A DNA stretch of 64,000 bases from Candidatus Poribacteria bacterium (GTDB lineage Bacteria > Poribacteria > WGA-4E > PCPOR2b). A model generated the notes under the pieces. That model saw only the letters and a list, made by a program, of their open reading frames with translations, made no database searches and was not told where the DNA came from. Both the position numbers and the translations under genes were made by a program. How positions within the stretch are numbered: the first letter of the stretch is position 1; every line of letters begins with the position of its first letter. Shown here in pieces: positions 20,116 to 31,314 of the stretch. Location: the NCBI GenBank assembly GCA_965218095.1, contig OZ244587.1, positions 2,464,001 through 2,528,000 on the forward strand, written 5' to 3'.

Positions 20116-23094
20116 ATGAAATTGACGAAATGGGCATGTTGGCTTACTGTTCTATTGATGGCGATGATATTCACTCCTGCTTTGAGCGCAGAGGGCAAAG
20201 AAGCATCAGGCGAAGCACAATTTTTGACTAACATTCGACAACTGACATATGACGGGAAACGTGCCGGTGAGGCGTATTTTTCCGAAGATGGACAAGCACT
20301 GATTTTTCAAAGTGAGCGGGAACCGGGCAATCCATTTTACCAGATTTACACGCTTGATCTCCGAACAGGTGACATACACCGGGTTTCTCCCGGCGTGGGA
20401 AAAACAACCTGCGCCTTTTTCCGCCCCGGCACAAACGAGGTACTGTTTGCTTCAACACATCTTGACGCCGATGCAGCAGCCAAGCAGCAAGCGGAACTTG
20501 AATTTCGGGCGTTGGGAAGAGAACGTTGATACAGTTGGGATTATGACGAAAATATGGACATCTTTTCAGCAAAACAGGACGGAAGCAACTTGAAGCGGTT
20601 GACTGATGCGGTAGGATACGATGCGGAAGGCTCCTATTCCCTAGACGGAAGCAAAATCGTCTTTTGCTCTCTGCGAAATGCCTATCCACCTGAGAAACTT
20701 TCCCCAGAAGATCGGCAACGTCTGGAAGTCCATCCTGCCTATTTCGGCGAGATCTACATTATGGACGCGGATGGATGGGATCAGAGACAGCTAACCCATT
20801 CACCCGGCTACGACGGTGGTCCCTTTTTCTCTCCGGATGGCGAGAGGATTGTCTGGCGACATTTTGACGAAGATGGCATGTTGGCTGACATCTACACCAT
20901 GCGCCTGGATGGTTCGGACGTGCGGCGACTGACCGCATTTGATTCGATGTCCTGGGCGCCCTATTTTCACCCAGCAGGTGAATATGTCATTTTTGCCTCG
21001 AACAAATTGGGATTTTCCAACTTTGAACTGTACATGGTTGACACTTTAGGACAGCATGAACCTGTGCGGGTGACTCTTACGGAGGGATTTGATGGACTAC
21101 CCGTGTTCTCACCAGATGGACAACGGCTCTGCTGGACTTCAAACCGAACGAGCACACAGGCTGCCCAACTCTTTCTTGCCGACTGGAATCATGAGGCAGC
21201 TCTGGCAGCGATTGCTGCTGCGCCTGAACGCGAACAGACACAGTTTCCAGAAGTTGACTTCAGCCCGATGGAATCATCAGCCGGATGGGAAAAAATTGGC
21301 ATAAGTGGTCTGTCGCCCGAAATCTCCGCCGCCGATCTCCAATTCGACGTCGAATATCTCGCATCAGACGCACTCGAAGGTCGGAAGACCGGTTCAGAAG
21401 GCGCCTGATTAGCCGCCGATTACATCGCAGACCATTTACGGAAGGCTGGATTGAAGCCCCTGGGTGGGGACGGAACCTATTTTCAGGAATTTCGATTCAC
21501 TTCAGGCATGAAAGTCGTTCCCGATCAAAATCGCTTAGAGATTGTTAAAACTGATGGATGGGCGGAGACGATTCAATTCGAGGTCGAAAAAGACTTTCGC
21601 CCCCTCTCCTTTAGCGCCAATGGCGAAGTGGAAGGTAAGGTGGTTTTTGCGGGCTACGGTTTGTCTACGCCTGGGAAACGTGGCGTCGGATATGACTCAT
21701 ATACAGGCTTAGATGTCAAAGACAAAATTGTTCTCGTCCTGCGTTACGTTCCAGAAGCGGTTGAGGTGGAACGACGTCAAGAGCTCAATTTCTACGCAGG
21801 GCTGCGCTACAAAGCGATGATCGCGCGAGAACATGGCGCAAAGGCGCTCTTCGTTGTCACAGTCCCAAATTCTCCCAACGCTGGCGAGCTTGTCCCGCTC
21901 TCTTTTGACAGCAGCCTTGCAGGATCTGGCATTATTGCTGCCTCAATTACCGGAGCTGTGGCGGACGCTTTGTTTGCCGAAGCAGGAAAGGATCTGAAAG
22001 CGGTCCAGTCCGAACTCGACATTGAGAACCCTCACTTCGAAGGCAGATTCCGTCTGTCAGATGTCAAAGCCAAGATCGCGACTGGGGTTGAGCGGGTGAA
22101 GAAAACGGATCGGAACGTGATTGGGCTTCTCCCGCCCGCCGATCCGACGGAGGATACCGAGTATCTGATTGTCGGGGCGCACTATGATCACATCGGTTAC
22201 GGCGAAATCAGTTCCTTGGCGCGAAAGGGCGAGGAGGGACAGATTCACAACGGCGCAGATGATAACGCTTCTGGGACCGCAATTGTCCTCGAATTGGCGG
22301 CGAATCTGACTGAAGCTCACCGGAATAAGCCGGACAATTTTACCAGAGGTGTCATTTTTGCATTCTGGTCCGGTGAGGAACTTGGCTTGATCGGGTCTTC
22401 CCACTTTGTTGAACACCCGGCCGTTCCCCTGGAAAAGGTGGCGGCTTACATCAATTTCGACATGGCCGGGCGGCTGCGTGAAAACAAACTTACCCTTCAA
22501 GGCATCGGTTCGTCAACCGCTTGGCGGCGGCTGATCGAAAAGCGGAATGTCCTCGCCGGATTCAGTCTCACGCTGCAAGATGACCCATACTTGCCGACAG
22601 ACACGACAACTTTCTATCCGAAAGAAGTTCCTGTCCTGGCTTGCTTCACCGGCGGTCATGAGGATTATAACCGCCCCACGGACGATCCGGAGACCCTTAA
22701 CTACGAAGGCATGGAGCGAATCGCCAAATTCGTCCGCGCCATCATCATCGATCTCGTGAAACATTCGGAGCGACCGGAGTATGTCAAAGTCGAACGGACC
22801 AAGCCGGAGACGGGCAGTCGTGAAACGCTCCGGGCGTATCTCGGAACGATACCGGACTATACAACGGAGATTGAAGGGGGCAAACTCTCCGGCGTGCGGG
22901 GCGATGGGCCCGCCGACAAAGGGGGATTACAGGGTGGTGATATTATCGTGGAGTTTGCCGGTCAGAAGGTCACCAATATTTACGACTATACCTACGCGCT
23001 GGACGCCGTCAAAATTGGTGAGCCGGTTGAGGTCGTTGTCCTGAGAAACGGAGAGCGGATGACCCTGACCGTGACACCAGAGGCACGGAAGTGA
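20116..23094 (+). pseudogene. Secreted TolB-like (PD40) + PA + M28 peptidase + PDZ protein with two in-frame TGA stops
   Basis: Three same-frame ORFs; stops at 20527 (ER*YSWDYD) and 21406 (EGA*LAADYI); GYDGGPFFSPDG, GAHYDH, GADDNASG, GEELGLIGS, YLGTIPDY. Confidence 0.88.
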
Positions 23095-23158
23095 AGGGAT
23101 ATACGGATGAGCGAATCAACTTACGCCTCACATTTTACGCTTCACGCCGGAGGGAAGA

Positions 23159-24196
23159 ATGACACAACGGTTGGATGCAATCGAAACGGAAGCGCAACTT
23201 GAGGAAATCATGTCCAGACCTACGCCAGAGGTTGTTCAGGCAATGGCGGAAATGGCGGGTGATCTTCTCATACTCGGCGTCGGCGGGAAGATGGGACCGA
23301 CCCTGGCAAAGCTGGCAAAACGCGCCGTTGACGAATCAGGCTCCGCCAAGAAAGTAATTGGGGTGTCCCGCTTTTCGTCACCGGGCGTGCAGACTAATCT
23401 GACTCAGGCTGGCATCGAGACGATTCCGTGTGACCTCCTCAACGAGGCGGAATTGCAGGGGCTGCCAGATATTTCCAACTTGATCTTCATGGTGGGCAGG
23501 AAGTTTGGCTCCACAAGCAATGAAGCGTTGACCTGGGCAATGAATACCTATCTCCCCGGACGAATCGCGGAAAAGTACCGGGATTCCCGAATCGTCGTCT
23601 TTTCGACGGGAAATGTCTATCCGCTCACACCTGTCTCCTGCGGTGGGGCGCCGGAAATGCATCCCGTGAATCCGATCGGCGAATATGCGCAATCATGCCT
23701 CGGACGCGAGCGGATGTTCGAGTATTTTTCAAACTGGTTTGGCACGCCGGGCGCGGTTATCCGCCTGAACTACGCCATCGATTTGCGGTACGGGATTCTT
23801 TTGGACATTGCAGAAAAAGTTTACAGTAGAAAGCCGGTTGATCTGACCATGGGCAATGTCAACGTCATCTGGCAGGGAGACGCAAACGCTGTAGTCCTGC
23901 GGGCTTTTCCACACTGTCAAAGCCCGCCAATGATTCTCAATCTCACAGGCCCTGAGACCGTTTCAATTCGATGGCTTGCCACACGATTTGGGGAGCTTTT
24001 TGAGAGGAAACCAATTTTTGAGGGCGAGGAGGCGAAAACCGCATTCCTAAGCAATGCCTCCCGCTGCCATCAGCTCTTCGGTTATCCGCGAATTTCACTT
24101 GAACAGATGGTGGGGTGGATTGCCCATTGGGTGCAGATCGGAAGTCCAACTTTGGGCAAACCGACGAAATTTGAAGCGCGGGACGGTAAATTTTGA
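23159..24196 (+). CDS. NAD-dependent epimerase/dehydratase family protein
   Basis: ILGVGGKMG, FSTGNVYP, GEYAQSCLGRER, RLNYAIDLRYG. Confidence 0.85.
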   Translation: MTQRLDAIETEAQLEEIMSRPTPEVVQAMAEMAGDLLILGVGGKMGPTLAKLAKRAVDESGSAKKVIGVSRFSSPGVQTNLTQAGIETIPCDLLNEAELQGLPDISNLIFMVGRKFGSTSNEALTWAMNTYLPGRIAEKYRDSRIVVFSTGNVYPLTPVSCGGAPEMHPVNPIGEYAQSCLGRERMFEYFSNWFGTPGAVIRLNYAIDLRYGILLDIAEKVYSRKPVDLTMGNVNVIWQGDANAVVLRAFPHCQSPPMILNLTGPETVSIRWLATRFGELFERKPIFEGEEAKTAFLSNASRCHQLFGYPRISLEQMVGWIAHWVQIGSPTLGKPTKFEARDGKF

Positions 24197-24207
24197 TTAT
24201 CCGAAAT

Positions 24208-24520
24208 TCAGGTATTCGGTGCTATCTCCACCAGCTTCCCAAGATACATCACAGCGACCTTGTTCGCAAGACGTGAGATAACTCCCAGATCATGGGTGAT
24301 GATCAGGGTGGAAAGGGGTTCGTTGTCGGCGTTCAATTCTTCAAGGAGATTTATAATCAGTGCCTGGGTTGTCGCATCTAAATTCGTCGTCGGCTCATCA
24401 GCAATCAGTAAAGCTGGCTCGGCGCATAATACGAGTGCGATCATCACTCGCTGGCACCCGCCACCGCTTAACTCCCACGAATACTGCGCTAAACGGTCTT
24501 TGGGATGATCCAGATGCACT
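24208..24520 (-). pseudogene. Internal fragment of an oligopeptide ABC ATPase (DppD/OppD-like)
   Basis: ELSGG..QRVMIA, LIADEPTTNLD, ITHDLGV, MYLGKLVE; no Walker A or C-terminus. Confidence 0.8.
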
Positions 24521-24619
24521 TCCACCACGATTTGAATCACCCACTTTATCACTCCCACAAACTTTACGTTTTGCACATTTCGTCAAATCTTCAGGGATTG
24601 TAGAAACCCGCAAATTGTG

Positions 24620-27214
24620 TTAAACATCCCCGCCATCTAACTTCGTCCCTCGCAGCCGCAGACTGTTGGCGACGACAGTCACGCTGCTAAAGGCCATGGC
24701 AAAAGCAGCCAACACCGGATGCAGCACCCGCAGCATCATCGGCAGGAAGGTGAGCGGGTGGAGGACGCCCGCCGCCACCGGGATGAGAATGACATTGTAG
24801 AAAAACGCCCAGAACAGATTCTGCTTGATGGTACGCATCGTCGCCTTGCTGAGGGCGATTGCCTGTGGTACAGAGCGGAGATCGCCGCGCATCAGGGCGA
24901 CGTCCGCTGTCTCCATCGCCACATCCGTCCCCGTACCGATGGCGATACCAACATCCGCTTGGGCTAACGCTGGTGCGTCATTGATGCCATCCCCGACCAT
25001 CGCCACCAGTCCAATTCCCTCCGATTGCAATTTCTTTACTTCTTCTGCCTTGTCGCCGGGCAGCACTTCAGCGAGTACCCGATCTATCCCTATTGCTTTG
25101 GCAACCGCTTCCGCTGTGGATGGGTTATCGCCGGTGACCATCACCACCTGCAAACCCAACCGGTGCATCTGGGCGATGGCTTCTCTGGAACCCGGCTTGA
25201 TGGTGTCCGCCACGGCAATCAAGCCCGCGGCTTTGCCATCAATCGCCACCCACATCGAAGTTTGCGCCTCCGACTGTAACCGTTTCGCCGCCGCCTCCAG
25301 TCCATTGAGGTAAATCTTTCGCTCAGTCATCATTTTGAGATTGCCCACCACGACCTGATGCCCTTCGACCTGAGCGATGATGCCATGTCCAACGACGGCT
25401 TCAAACTGAGAAGGCTCTGCCAGTGACAGCCTGTGCGCCTGCGCTGCACGCACGATAGCTTCGCCGAGCGGATGTTCGCTGCTGCGCTCCGCCGACGCAG
25501 CCAGCCATAGCATTGCGAATCGTTCCTCTTTCCTTTCTTCCGTCCTTCCTCCGGTCTTCGATTGAGAGTCCGAGACCTTCTTTCCATTCCTCAACGCTTC
25601 AGCAGTGACGCTTTCCACGCCGCCATCTGCAGTCACTACATCTGTGACCGACGGCTCACCGACCGTGACCGTCCCTGTCTTATCAAGAACGACGACTTTG
25701 AGTGAATGCGCCCCTTCGAGCGCCTCGCTGTTTTTGAAGAGGATACCTTGCTCGGCGCCCACTCCGGTCCCGACCATAATGGCGGTCGACGTGGCGAGCC
25801 CCAACGCGCACGGACAGGCGATGACCAACACCGCGACCATCCGAATCATCGCCGGCGTAAAACCGACCTCGACGCCAAACCACCACACCAGTAACGTAAT
25901 CGCCGCAATGCCAATGACGACAGGCACAAAGACGCTCGCCACCCGGTCTGCCAGACGTTGGATAGGGGCTTTGCTTCCTTGCGCTTCCTGAACCAGCCGG
26001 ATGATCTGCGCGAGCGCCGTCTCTACACCGACTTTGGTCGCCTCGAATTTGAGCCGCCCACCTTTGTTGATGGTCGCGCCAACCACTTCATTGCCCGGCT
26101 GCTTGTCCACCGGCAGGCTTTCACCGGTGAGCATGCTCTCGTCCACAGCGGAGTGCCCGTCGATAACGATCCCATCCACCGGAATCCTTTCGCCCGGACG
26201 CACGATGACGATATCGCCAACGCTCATTTGCTCAATGGGAATATCAACTTCTTTGCCGTTCCGCACCACACAGGCAGTTTTCGCCCGAAGCCCCATCAGC
26301 TTCTTGATGGCGGCGCTGGTCTGCCCTTTGGCGCGGACCTCCAGCAGTTTGCCCAGCTTGATGAGTGTGATGATGACCGCAGCAGTCTCAAAGTAGACGT
26401 GGTTCCCCAAGGTGTTGTTGCCGAGAGTCAGGGCAATCGTGACGGGAAGGCTATAGAAGAAAGCCGACGACGACCCCATCGCCACCAGCACGTCCATGTT
26501 GGCGGCGCCGTTGCGCAACGCTTTGAAGCCACCCACGTAATAGTCCCAGCCGACATAAAACTGCACCGGCGCAGCCAGTGCCAGCATCAGCCAGTTGACC
26601 CAAGGTGTATGCGCCCAACCCCCTAGCAGCCCAAAGTCACGCGCCATGCTCAAACCAAAGAGGGGCAGTGAGAAGACGACACCCACCCAGAACTTGCGCG
26701 TCTGGTCGCGGATTTCTGCTTGGCGGGCAGCACCCTCGGTGTCCTCCAGTTGGTCAGCCTCCGCTTCGACAACGCCGTAGCCCGTTTCTTCAATGGCAGC
26801 AATCAGGTCAGCGGGAGTGATTTGACCGGGAATGTATTCGACGGTTGCCTTCTCCGCAGCGAAATTAACGGTCGCCGAGACCACGTCTGATCCCATCTTG
26901 TTGAGCGTTCGTTCGATGGTCGCCACGCAGTTGGCGCAGGTCATTCCCGTGATAAGCAACTCGATCCGGTTGGCTGCAACTCCGTAGCCCACGTCTTTGA
27001 TTCTGCCGATGATGGCATTCTCGCTCAAGACGGATGGGTCGAAAGTCACGGTTGCCTTTTCGGTCGCGTAGTTGACGTTGACCTCGTCAAGACCGTCCAG
27101 CTTCTTCAGATTGCGTGCGATGGTGTTTGCGCAATTCGCGCAGTGCATGCCCGTGATAGGCAAATCGAGCGTAGCGAGATCCCGCGAAGCGGGGATAATC
27201 TGTTTTCCAGCCAT
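24620..27214 (-). CDS. copA: Copper-translocating P1B-1 ATPase with two HMA domains
   Basis: [46 protein letters not shown] and MAFSS; probable ATG at 27214 after GGGGAGG. Confidence 0.9.
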   Translation of the reverse strand: MAGKQIIPASRDLATLDLPITGMHCANCANTIARNLKKLDGLDEVNVNYATEKATVTFDPSVLSENAIIGRIKDVGYGVAANRIELLITGMTCANCVATIERTLNKMGSDVVSATVNFAAEKATVEYIPGQITPADLIAAIEETGYGVVEAEADQLEDTEGAARQAEIRDQTRKFWVGVVFSLPLFGLSMARDFGLLGGWAHTPWVNWLMLALAAPVQFYVGWDYYVGGFKALRNGAANMDVLVAMGSSSAFFYSLPVTIALTLGNNTLGNHVYFETAAVIITLIKLGKLLEVRAKGQTSAAIKKLMGLRAKTACVVRNGKEVDIPIEQMSVGDIVIVRPGERIPVDGIVIDGHSAVDESMLTGESLPVDKQPGNEVVGATINKGGRLKFEATKVGVETALAQIIRLVQEAQGSKAPIQRLADRVASVFVPVVIGIAAITLLVWWFGVEVGFTPAMIRMVAVLVIACPCALGLATSTAIMVGTGVGAEQGILFKNSEALEGAHSLKVVVLDKTGTVTVGEPSVTDVVTADGGVESVTAEALRNGKKVSDSQSKTGGRTEERKEERFAMLWLAASAERSSEHPLGEAIVRAAQAHRLSLAEPSQFEAVVGHGIIAQVEGHQVVVGNLKMMTERKIYLNGLEAAAKRLQSEAQTSMWVAIDGKAAGLIAVADTIKPGSREAIAQMHRLGLQVVMVTGDNPSTAEAVAKAIGIDRVLAEVLPGDKAEEVKKLQSEGIGLVAMVGDGINDAPALAQADVGIAIGTGTDVAMETADVALMRGDLRSVPQAIALSKATMRTIKQNLFWAFFYNVILIPVAAGVLHPLTFLPMMLRVLHPVLAAFAMAFSSVTVVANSLRLRGTKLDGGDV

Positions 27215-27231
27215 CGTAAACGCCTCCCCCG

Positions 27232-27507
27232 TCACGCATTCTCCGGCGGGTGATTTATCTCTTCCAACAACGCATGGATGGCATCCCAGCTTGCCGGCGG
27301 CTCGTTCCATTCGACGTTGACCTGTTCTTCTTCGGTTCGGCGCGTCGCTTCCTGTGTTGCCGCCTCCTCATAGCGGCAGCGTTCCTCTATCAACACGGCT
27401 AACTCATCGCGCTCTGCCTCCGCCAACGCACCCCGCACCTCTGCTTCACGGAGTTGATTTAAGCGCGTTTGTTTGGATTCATCCCACATAGCCATCCCCT
27501 CCGTCAT
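27232..27507 (-). CDS. Small hypothetical coiled-coil protein, possibly internally deleted or frameshifted
   Basis: Glu/Arg-rich helical 91-aa ORF directly upstream of copA. Confidence 0.4.
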   Translation of the reverse strand: MTEGMAMWDESKQTRLNQLREAEVRGALAEAERDELAVLIEERCRYEEAATQEATRRTEEEQVNVEWNEPPASWDAIHALLEEINHPPENA

Positions 27508-27861
27508 TCATTTATTAAGTCCACTGACCTTGTTATGCCTACTGCTTGATCTTTCCTAACATTTCTAAAACGCTGTCGAAATCGTATTGATTCGCCAAAT
27601 CCCACAATCGCCTGGCTAACAATTTTGATAGATTTTTCATCAATGGCGTGGGTTGATATGCTCTTTCTGCGGGGGTGGTGAATAAGCCATATTTTCCCAA
27701 AAAAACGGAGTTGTGTCAAGTCTTTTTAGAAACACTACCCAAATATAAACCGTCGATTTCTTGAATCAACTATTGACACTGATTTTGCCAAAGTGTTGAA
27801 AAGCGCCTGTCAACTCCCAGGCCACTTCCGCGATCAGGTACTTGTCGACGGGCGCCGTGAA

Positions 27862-29508
27862 CTAAATCGGGCATGCGATATTCCCCAAACGCTCCGTCAA
27901 CAAACGATTTTCCCGATAATCAATGGGCATAACCACAAGCGCCGGGTTATCAGCATGAAACGCCTTTTCTAATGTTGGAGCCACATCTACAGAATTTTCC
28001 ACTCGAAATCCCGCCCAGCCAAAGGATTCTGCCAATTTAACAAAGTCAGGATTGCCGAATGAAAGATTGGTGTGGCGATTAAACTGGTTATCCTGCTTCC
28101 AAGAAATGAGGCCGTAGCCGCCATCCTCCCACACTATGACCACAATGTTAGTCCCTAGGCGTTTGGCGGTCTCCATCTCCTGAACATTCATCAAAAAACC
28201 GCCGTCACCGCAGATAGCCAATATGCGGCGGTCTGGATACACCATTTTAGCAGCAATTGCTCCCGGCAGTGCAAATCCCATCGAGCAGAAGCCGTTGGAG
28301 ATAAGGCAGGTATTCGGTTCGTCACACTGATAATAACGGGCAACCCACATTTTATGCGCCCCCACATCGCTCAGCAGAATATCGTGGGGGCCTAACGCCT
28401 CGCGCGCATCCCAAAGCACTTTTTGGGGGCGAATGCTTCCTCGCGTATGGTCATCTTTGTGCATGGCAAACTCAGTCAGCATCTCTTCTCGAATCGTTTG
28501 GTGCTGATGGATATCGAAACGAAGGGGTTTGTTTTTAACTCGCTCATTGAGCATCCACAGCGTATGCGCGAGATCGCCGACGACTTCGACATCAACGCGG
28601 TAATCTTCATCCACTTCCACCGGCAGAAAGTCGATATGCACGATTTTCTTGGCGCTTCCTTTATTCCACAGGCGGGGGTGGTATTCCACTAGGTCATAGC
28701 CCAGGGTAATCACTAAATCAGCAGCATCAATGGCGCAAGCGATCAGGTCTTTCGCCTGTAGGCCGATGGTAAATAAACCATAGGGGGCATGGCGAGAAAC
28801 CGCGCCTTTTCCCATAAAGGTGTTAATAACGCCAATGCCAGTGGACTGGGCAAACTCGCGCAACTGCTTGCTTGCTCGCTTGCGGATGGCGCCGTTGCCA
28901 GCGAGAATTACCGGGCGTTTCGCCTGGCGAATCAAATCCATGGCTTGATTGACAATTTTATCGTCGGGAACGGCGCGGCGCAGACGCATGCTGGGAATGG
29001 GTACATTGCTGGTGGGTTGGACGGCAATGTCTTCCGCCAATTCGATGTGACAGGCGCCTGGCTTCTCCGTTTCAGCCAGCTTAAAGGCTTTACGAACCAC
29101 TTCAGGAATGTTCTCCGGATTAATAATTGGGCTCGCCCATTTGGTGACCGGTGTGAACATACCCACCACATCCATGTTCTGGTGACTTTCCTTGTGCTGT
29201 CGCCGACTATCTGCCTGCCCGGTAATGACAACGACGGGTGAGCGATCCATATTGGCATCAGCCACACCGGTCATGAGATTGGTTGCTCCCGGGCCCAGCG
29301 TTCCCAGACAAACGCTGGCTTTACCGGTCAATCTACCGTAAACATCGGCCATAAAAGCAGCCCCCTGTTCGTGGCGGGTGAGGATAAAGGGTATTGGAGA
29401 GTTTTCTAACGCCATTATAAAATGGGCGTTTTCCTCCCCCGGTACGCCGAATACGTATTCTACGCCTTCAACTTCCAAACACTTAACAAATAATTGTGCA
29501 GCATTCAT
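27862..29508 (-). CDS. Acetolactate synthase large subunit-like TPP enzyme
   Basis: FGVPGEEN, RHEQGAAFMAD, TLGPGATN, DVGAHKMW, GDGGFLMN. Confidence 0.9.
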   Translation of the reverse strand: MNAAQLFVKCLEVEGVEYVFGVPGEENAHFIMALENSPIPFILTRHEQGAAFMADVYGRLTGKASVCLGTLGPGATNLMTGVADANMDRSPVVVITGQADSRRQHKESHQNMDVVGMFTPVTKWASPIINPENIPEVVRKAFKLAETEKPGACHIELAEDIAVQPTSNVPIPSMRLRRAVPDDKIVNQAMDLIRQAKRPVILAGNGAIRKRASKQLREFAQSTGIGVINTFMGKGAVSRHAPYGLFTIGLQAKDLIACAIDAADLVITLGYDLVEYHPRLWNKGSAKKIVHIDFLPVEVDEDYRVDVEVVGDLAHTLWMLNERVKNKPLRFDIHQHQTIREEMLTEFAMHKDDHTRGSIRPQKVLWDAREALGPHDILLSDVGAHKMWVARYYQCDEPNTCLISNGFCSMGFALPGAIAAKMVYPDRRILAICGDGGFLMNVQEMETAKRLGTNIVVIVWEDGGYGLISWKQDNQFNRHTNLSFGNPDFVKLAESFGWAGFRVENSVDVAPTLEKAFHADNPALVVMPIDYRENRLLTERLGNIACPI

Positions 29509-29876
29509 GAATAAATTGCCTCCTGTTTTAGTGCTTTGATGTTCTGTTCGACATGACTTGAATCTGTATCATCTTTGGGGTATCATTTATGAACTAAATC
29601 TAAATTTCGGTGTGCCTAACAAAAACATTGCAGAATCTGGAAAATTACATAGTTCAATTCATTTAAGGACACGACTTGAAAGGTTGTGCGACAGTTTGGC
29701 GGCCAGTTCATTTGGACATCCGCTTGCCACCAACGGTTCCAAGCAAGTACCCATGCGATTGGAAGCGGTTTTCCTCGCTCCCACGCTCCCTTGCTGGTTC
29801 AACCAAGCTGGTTAAATAGCGATGGAGACCGGATTTGTTCAATAACCTTCCAAGTCGTATAAGGAGGTCACTCAAA

Positions 29877-30725
29877 ATGAATACCCTCAAAACCGGAATA
29901 CTCATGATTGCGTTGACAGCACTGCTGATGCTCATTGGCAACCTGCTGGGGGGCGAAGTTGGAATGACATTTGCCTTGATGATGGCAGCAATCATGAACT
30001 TTGCATCCTACTGGTTCAGTGACAAGATTGTCCTGTCGATGTACAGAGCGCAGGAAATCAGCCCTGACAGTGAATTATACCAAATTGTACAACGACAAGT
30101 CCAACAATCAGGATTACCGATGCCTCGTGTCTACACCATTCCAACCGACACGCCAAACGCCTTCGCTACAGGCAGAAATCCCAGCCACGCGGCGGTTGCA
30201 GCGACAGACGGAATTATGCGACTGTTATCGCGTGACGAACTCGCAGGCGTCATTGGACATGAACTAGCGCACATCAAACAGCGCGACATTCTGATTAGCA
30301 GCATCGTCGCTACAATGGCAGGGGCAATTATGTGGATTGCGCACATGGCGCAGTGGGCTGCGATGTTTGGCGGCTTTAGCGGAGATGACGATGATGAAGG
30401 TGGGGGTGGAATCATTGGACTACTGTTCCTGATTATCGTCGCACCGATTGCAGCGATGATTATTCAGTTCGCGATCTCCCGCTCCCGTGAATATGCCGCG
30501 GATCGCTGTGGCGCTGGGATCTGTGGTAATCCGCTCGCACTGGCAGATGCCCTGCGTAAGCTTGAGCGTGGCGTCGAAGCACAACCGATGCCGCACGCAA
30601 ATGCAGCAACGTCCCATCTCTTTATTGTAAACCCCCTGCGCGGTGGCATTGCGGGACTCTTCAGCACCCATCCACCGATGGACGAACGCATCCGTCGTTT
30701 AGAAGCACTGGCGGGCCGAGCGTAG
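29877..30725 (+). CDS. htpX: Membrane zinc metalloprotease HtpX
   Basis: [30 protein letters not shown]; RBS AAGGAGG. Confidence 0.93.
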   Translation: MNTLKTGILMIALTALLMLIGNLLGGEVGMTFALMMAAIMNFASYWFSDKIVLSMYRAQEISPDSELYQIVQRQVQQSGLPMPRVYTIPTDTPNAFATGRNPSHAAVAATDGIMRLLSRDELAGVIGHELAHIKQRDILISSIVATMAGAIMWIAHMAQWAAMFGGFSGDDDDEGGGGIIGLLFLIIVAPIAAMIIQFAISRSREYAADRCGAGICGNPLALADALRKLERGVEAQPMPHANAATSHLFIVNPLRGGIAGLFSTHPPMDERIRRLEALAGRA

Positions 30726-30747
30726 CGAATACCGTCGATAGATTCAG

Positions 30748-30774
30748 GAGGGTGTTTCGCTGAAGAACACCCTC
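30748..30774 (+). terminator. Stem-loop downstream of htpX
   Basis: GAGGGTGTT...AACACCCTC; no U-tract. Confidence 0.35.
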
Positions 30775-30874
30775 ACCCAAAAACACCTTAATCTTTACCC
30801 ACATCTTTTCATCCAAGCCATATCAGGCAAGGGAGCGAGGGGGCGTGGGAGCGAGTTTCCACTTTCTGTAATAG

Positions 30875-31058
30875 ATGAGATTGGTGAATGTTTCGGACAA
30901 GCTGATCGTATCATGTTTGTTGACCGGTTTGACGGTTATCGGTCCAATGACGAATCCATGATTGTTGGTGATGGTGAGCTCTTTTTCACCTTTCTGGTGT
31001 TTGTGTCCAGAATAACCGATGTCATTGCCCCTTTTTTAACGACGACATTTGACCCAAT
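30875..31058 (-). pseudogene. IS5-family (IS427-group-like) transposase fragment
   Basis: Manual translation GSNVVVKK/G.DIGYSGHKHQKGEKELTITNNHGFVIGPITVKPVNKHD, with an A7G4 run at the usual orfA/orfB junction. Confidence 0.65.
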
Positions 31059-31102
31059 CTTTATGTTTTACTCAATATGACTTCTAATAGTCCGGAGGAT
31101 GC

Positions 31103-31158
31103 TTGACACTGCTCCCGATGGATTGGCAAATCCATCGGCCATGGCGTGGATTTGTCAA
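31103..31158. mobile_element. 56-bp palindromic mini-element (TTGACA...TGTCAA), IS200/IS605-end-like
   Basis: Internal hairpin CCGATGGATT-GGCA-AATCCATCGG followed on the minus strand by GAGCAGTGTCAA. Confidence 0.4.
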
Positions 31159-31314
31159 TTTGAGCGTAGCGAAACCCCGATCCATCGGGGCCACGCCGAG
31201 CAGGGTGTCGATCATCATGTTGACCAATACATAAAGAAATGATTTCCCAAATTTCCTGATTCCCTTTCTTCTCATTTTTCCATCTCCTTCCATTCCGCGA
31301 TTGGAACAATCTGC

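Noticed and set aside
5435-21408. TGA recoding (Trp, Gly, Sec or Arg) to explain three in-frame TGAs
   Set aside because: TGA is the genuine terminator of dnaE, DUF58, the E1 gene and the PorV-like gene; in-frame TAGs and frameshifts also occur; the positions are not Cys-like and no SECIS hairpin is evident
27215-27310. N-terminal extension of CopA in the ORF track
   Set aside because: Overlaps the upstream ORF; a better RBS and ATG lie at 27214
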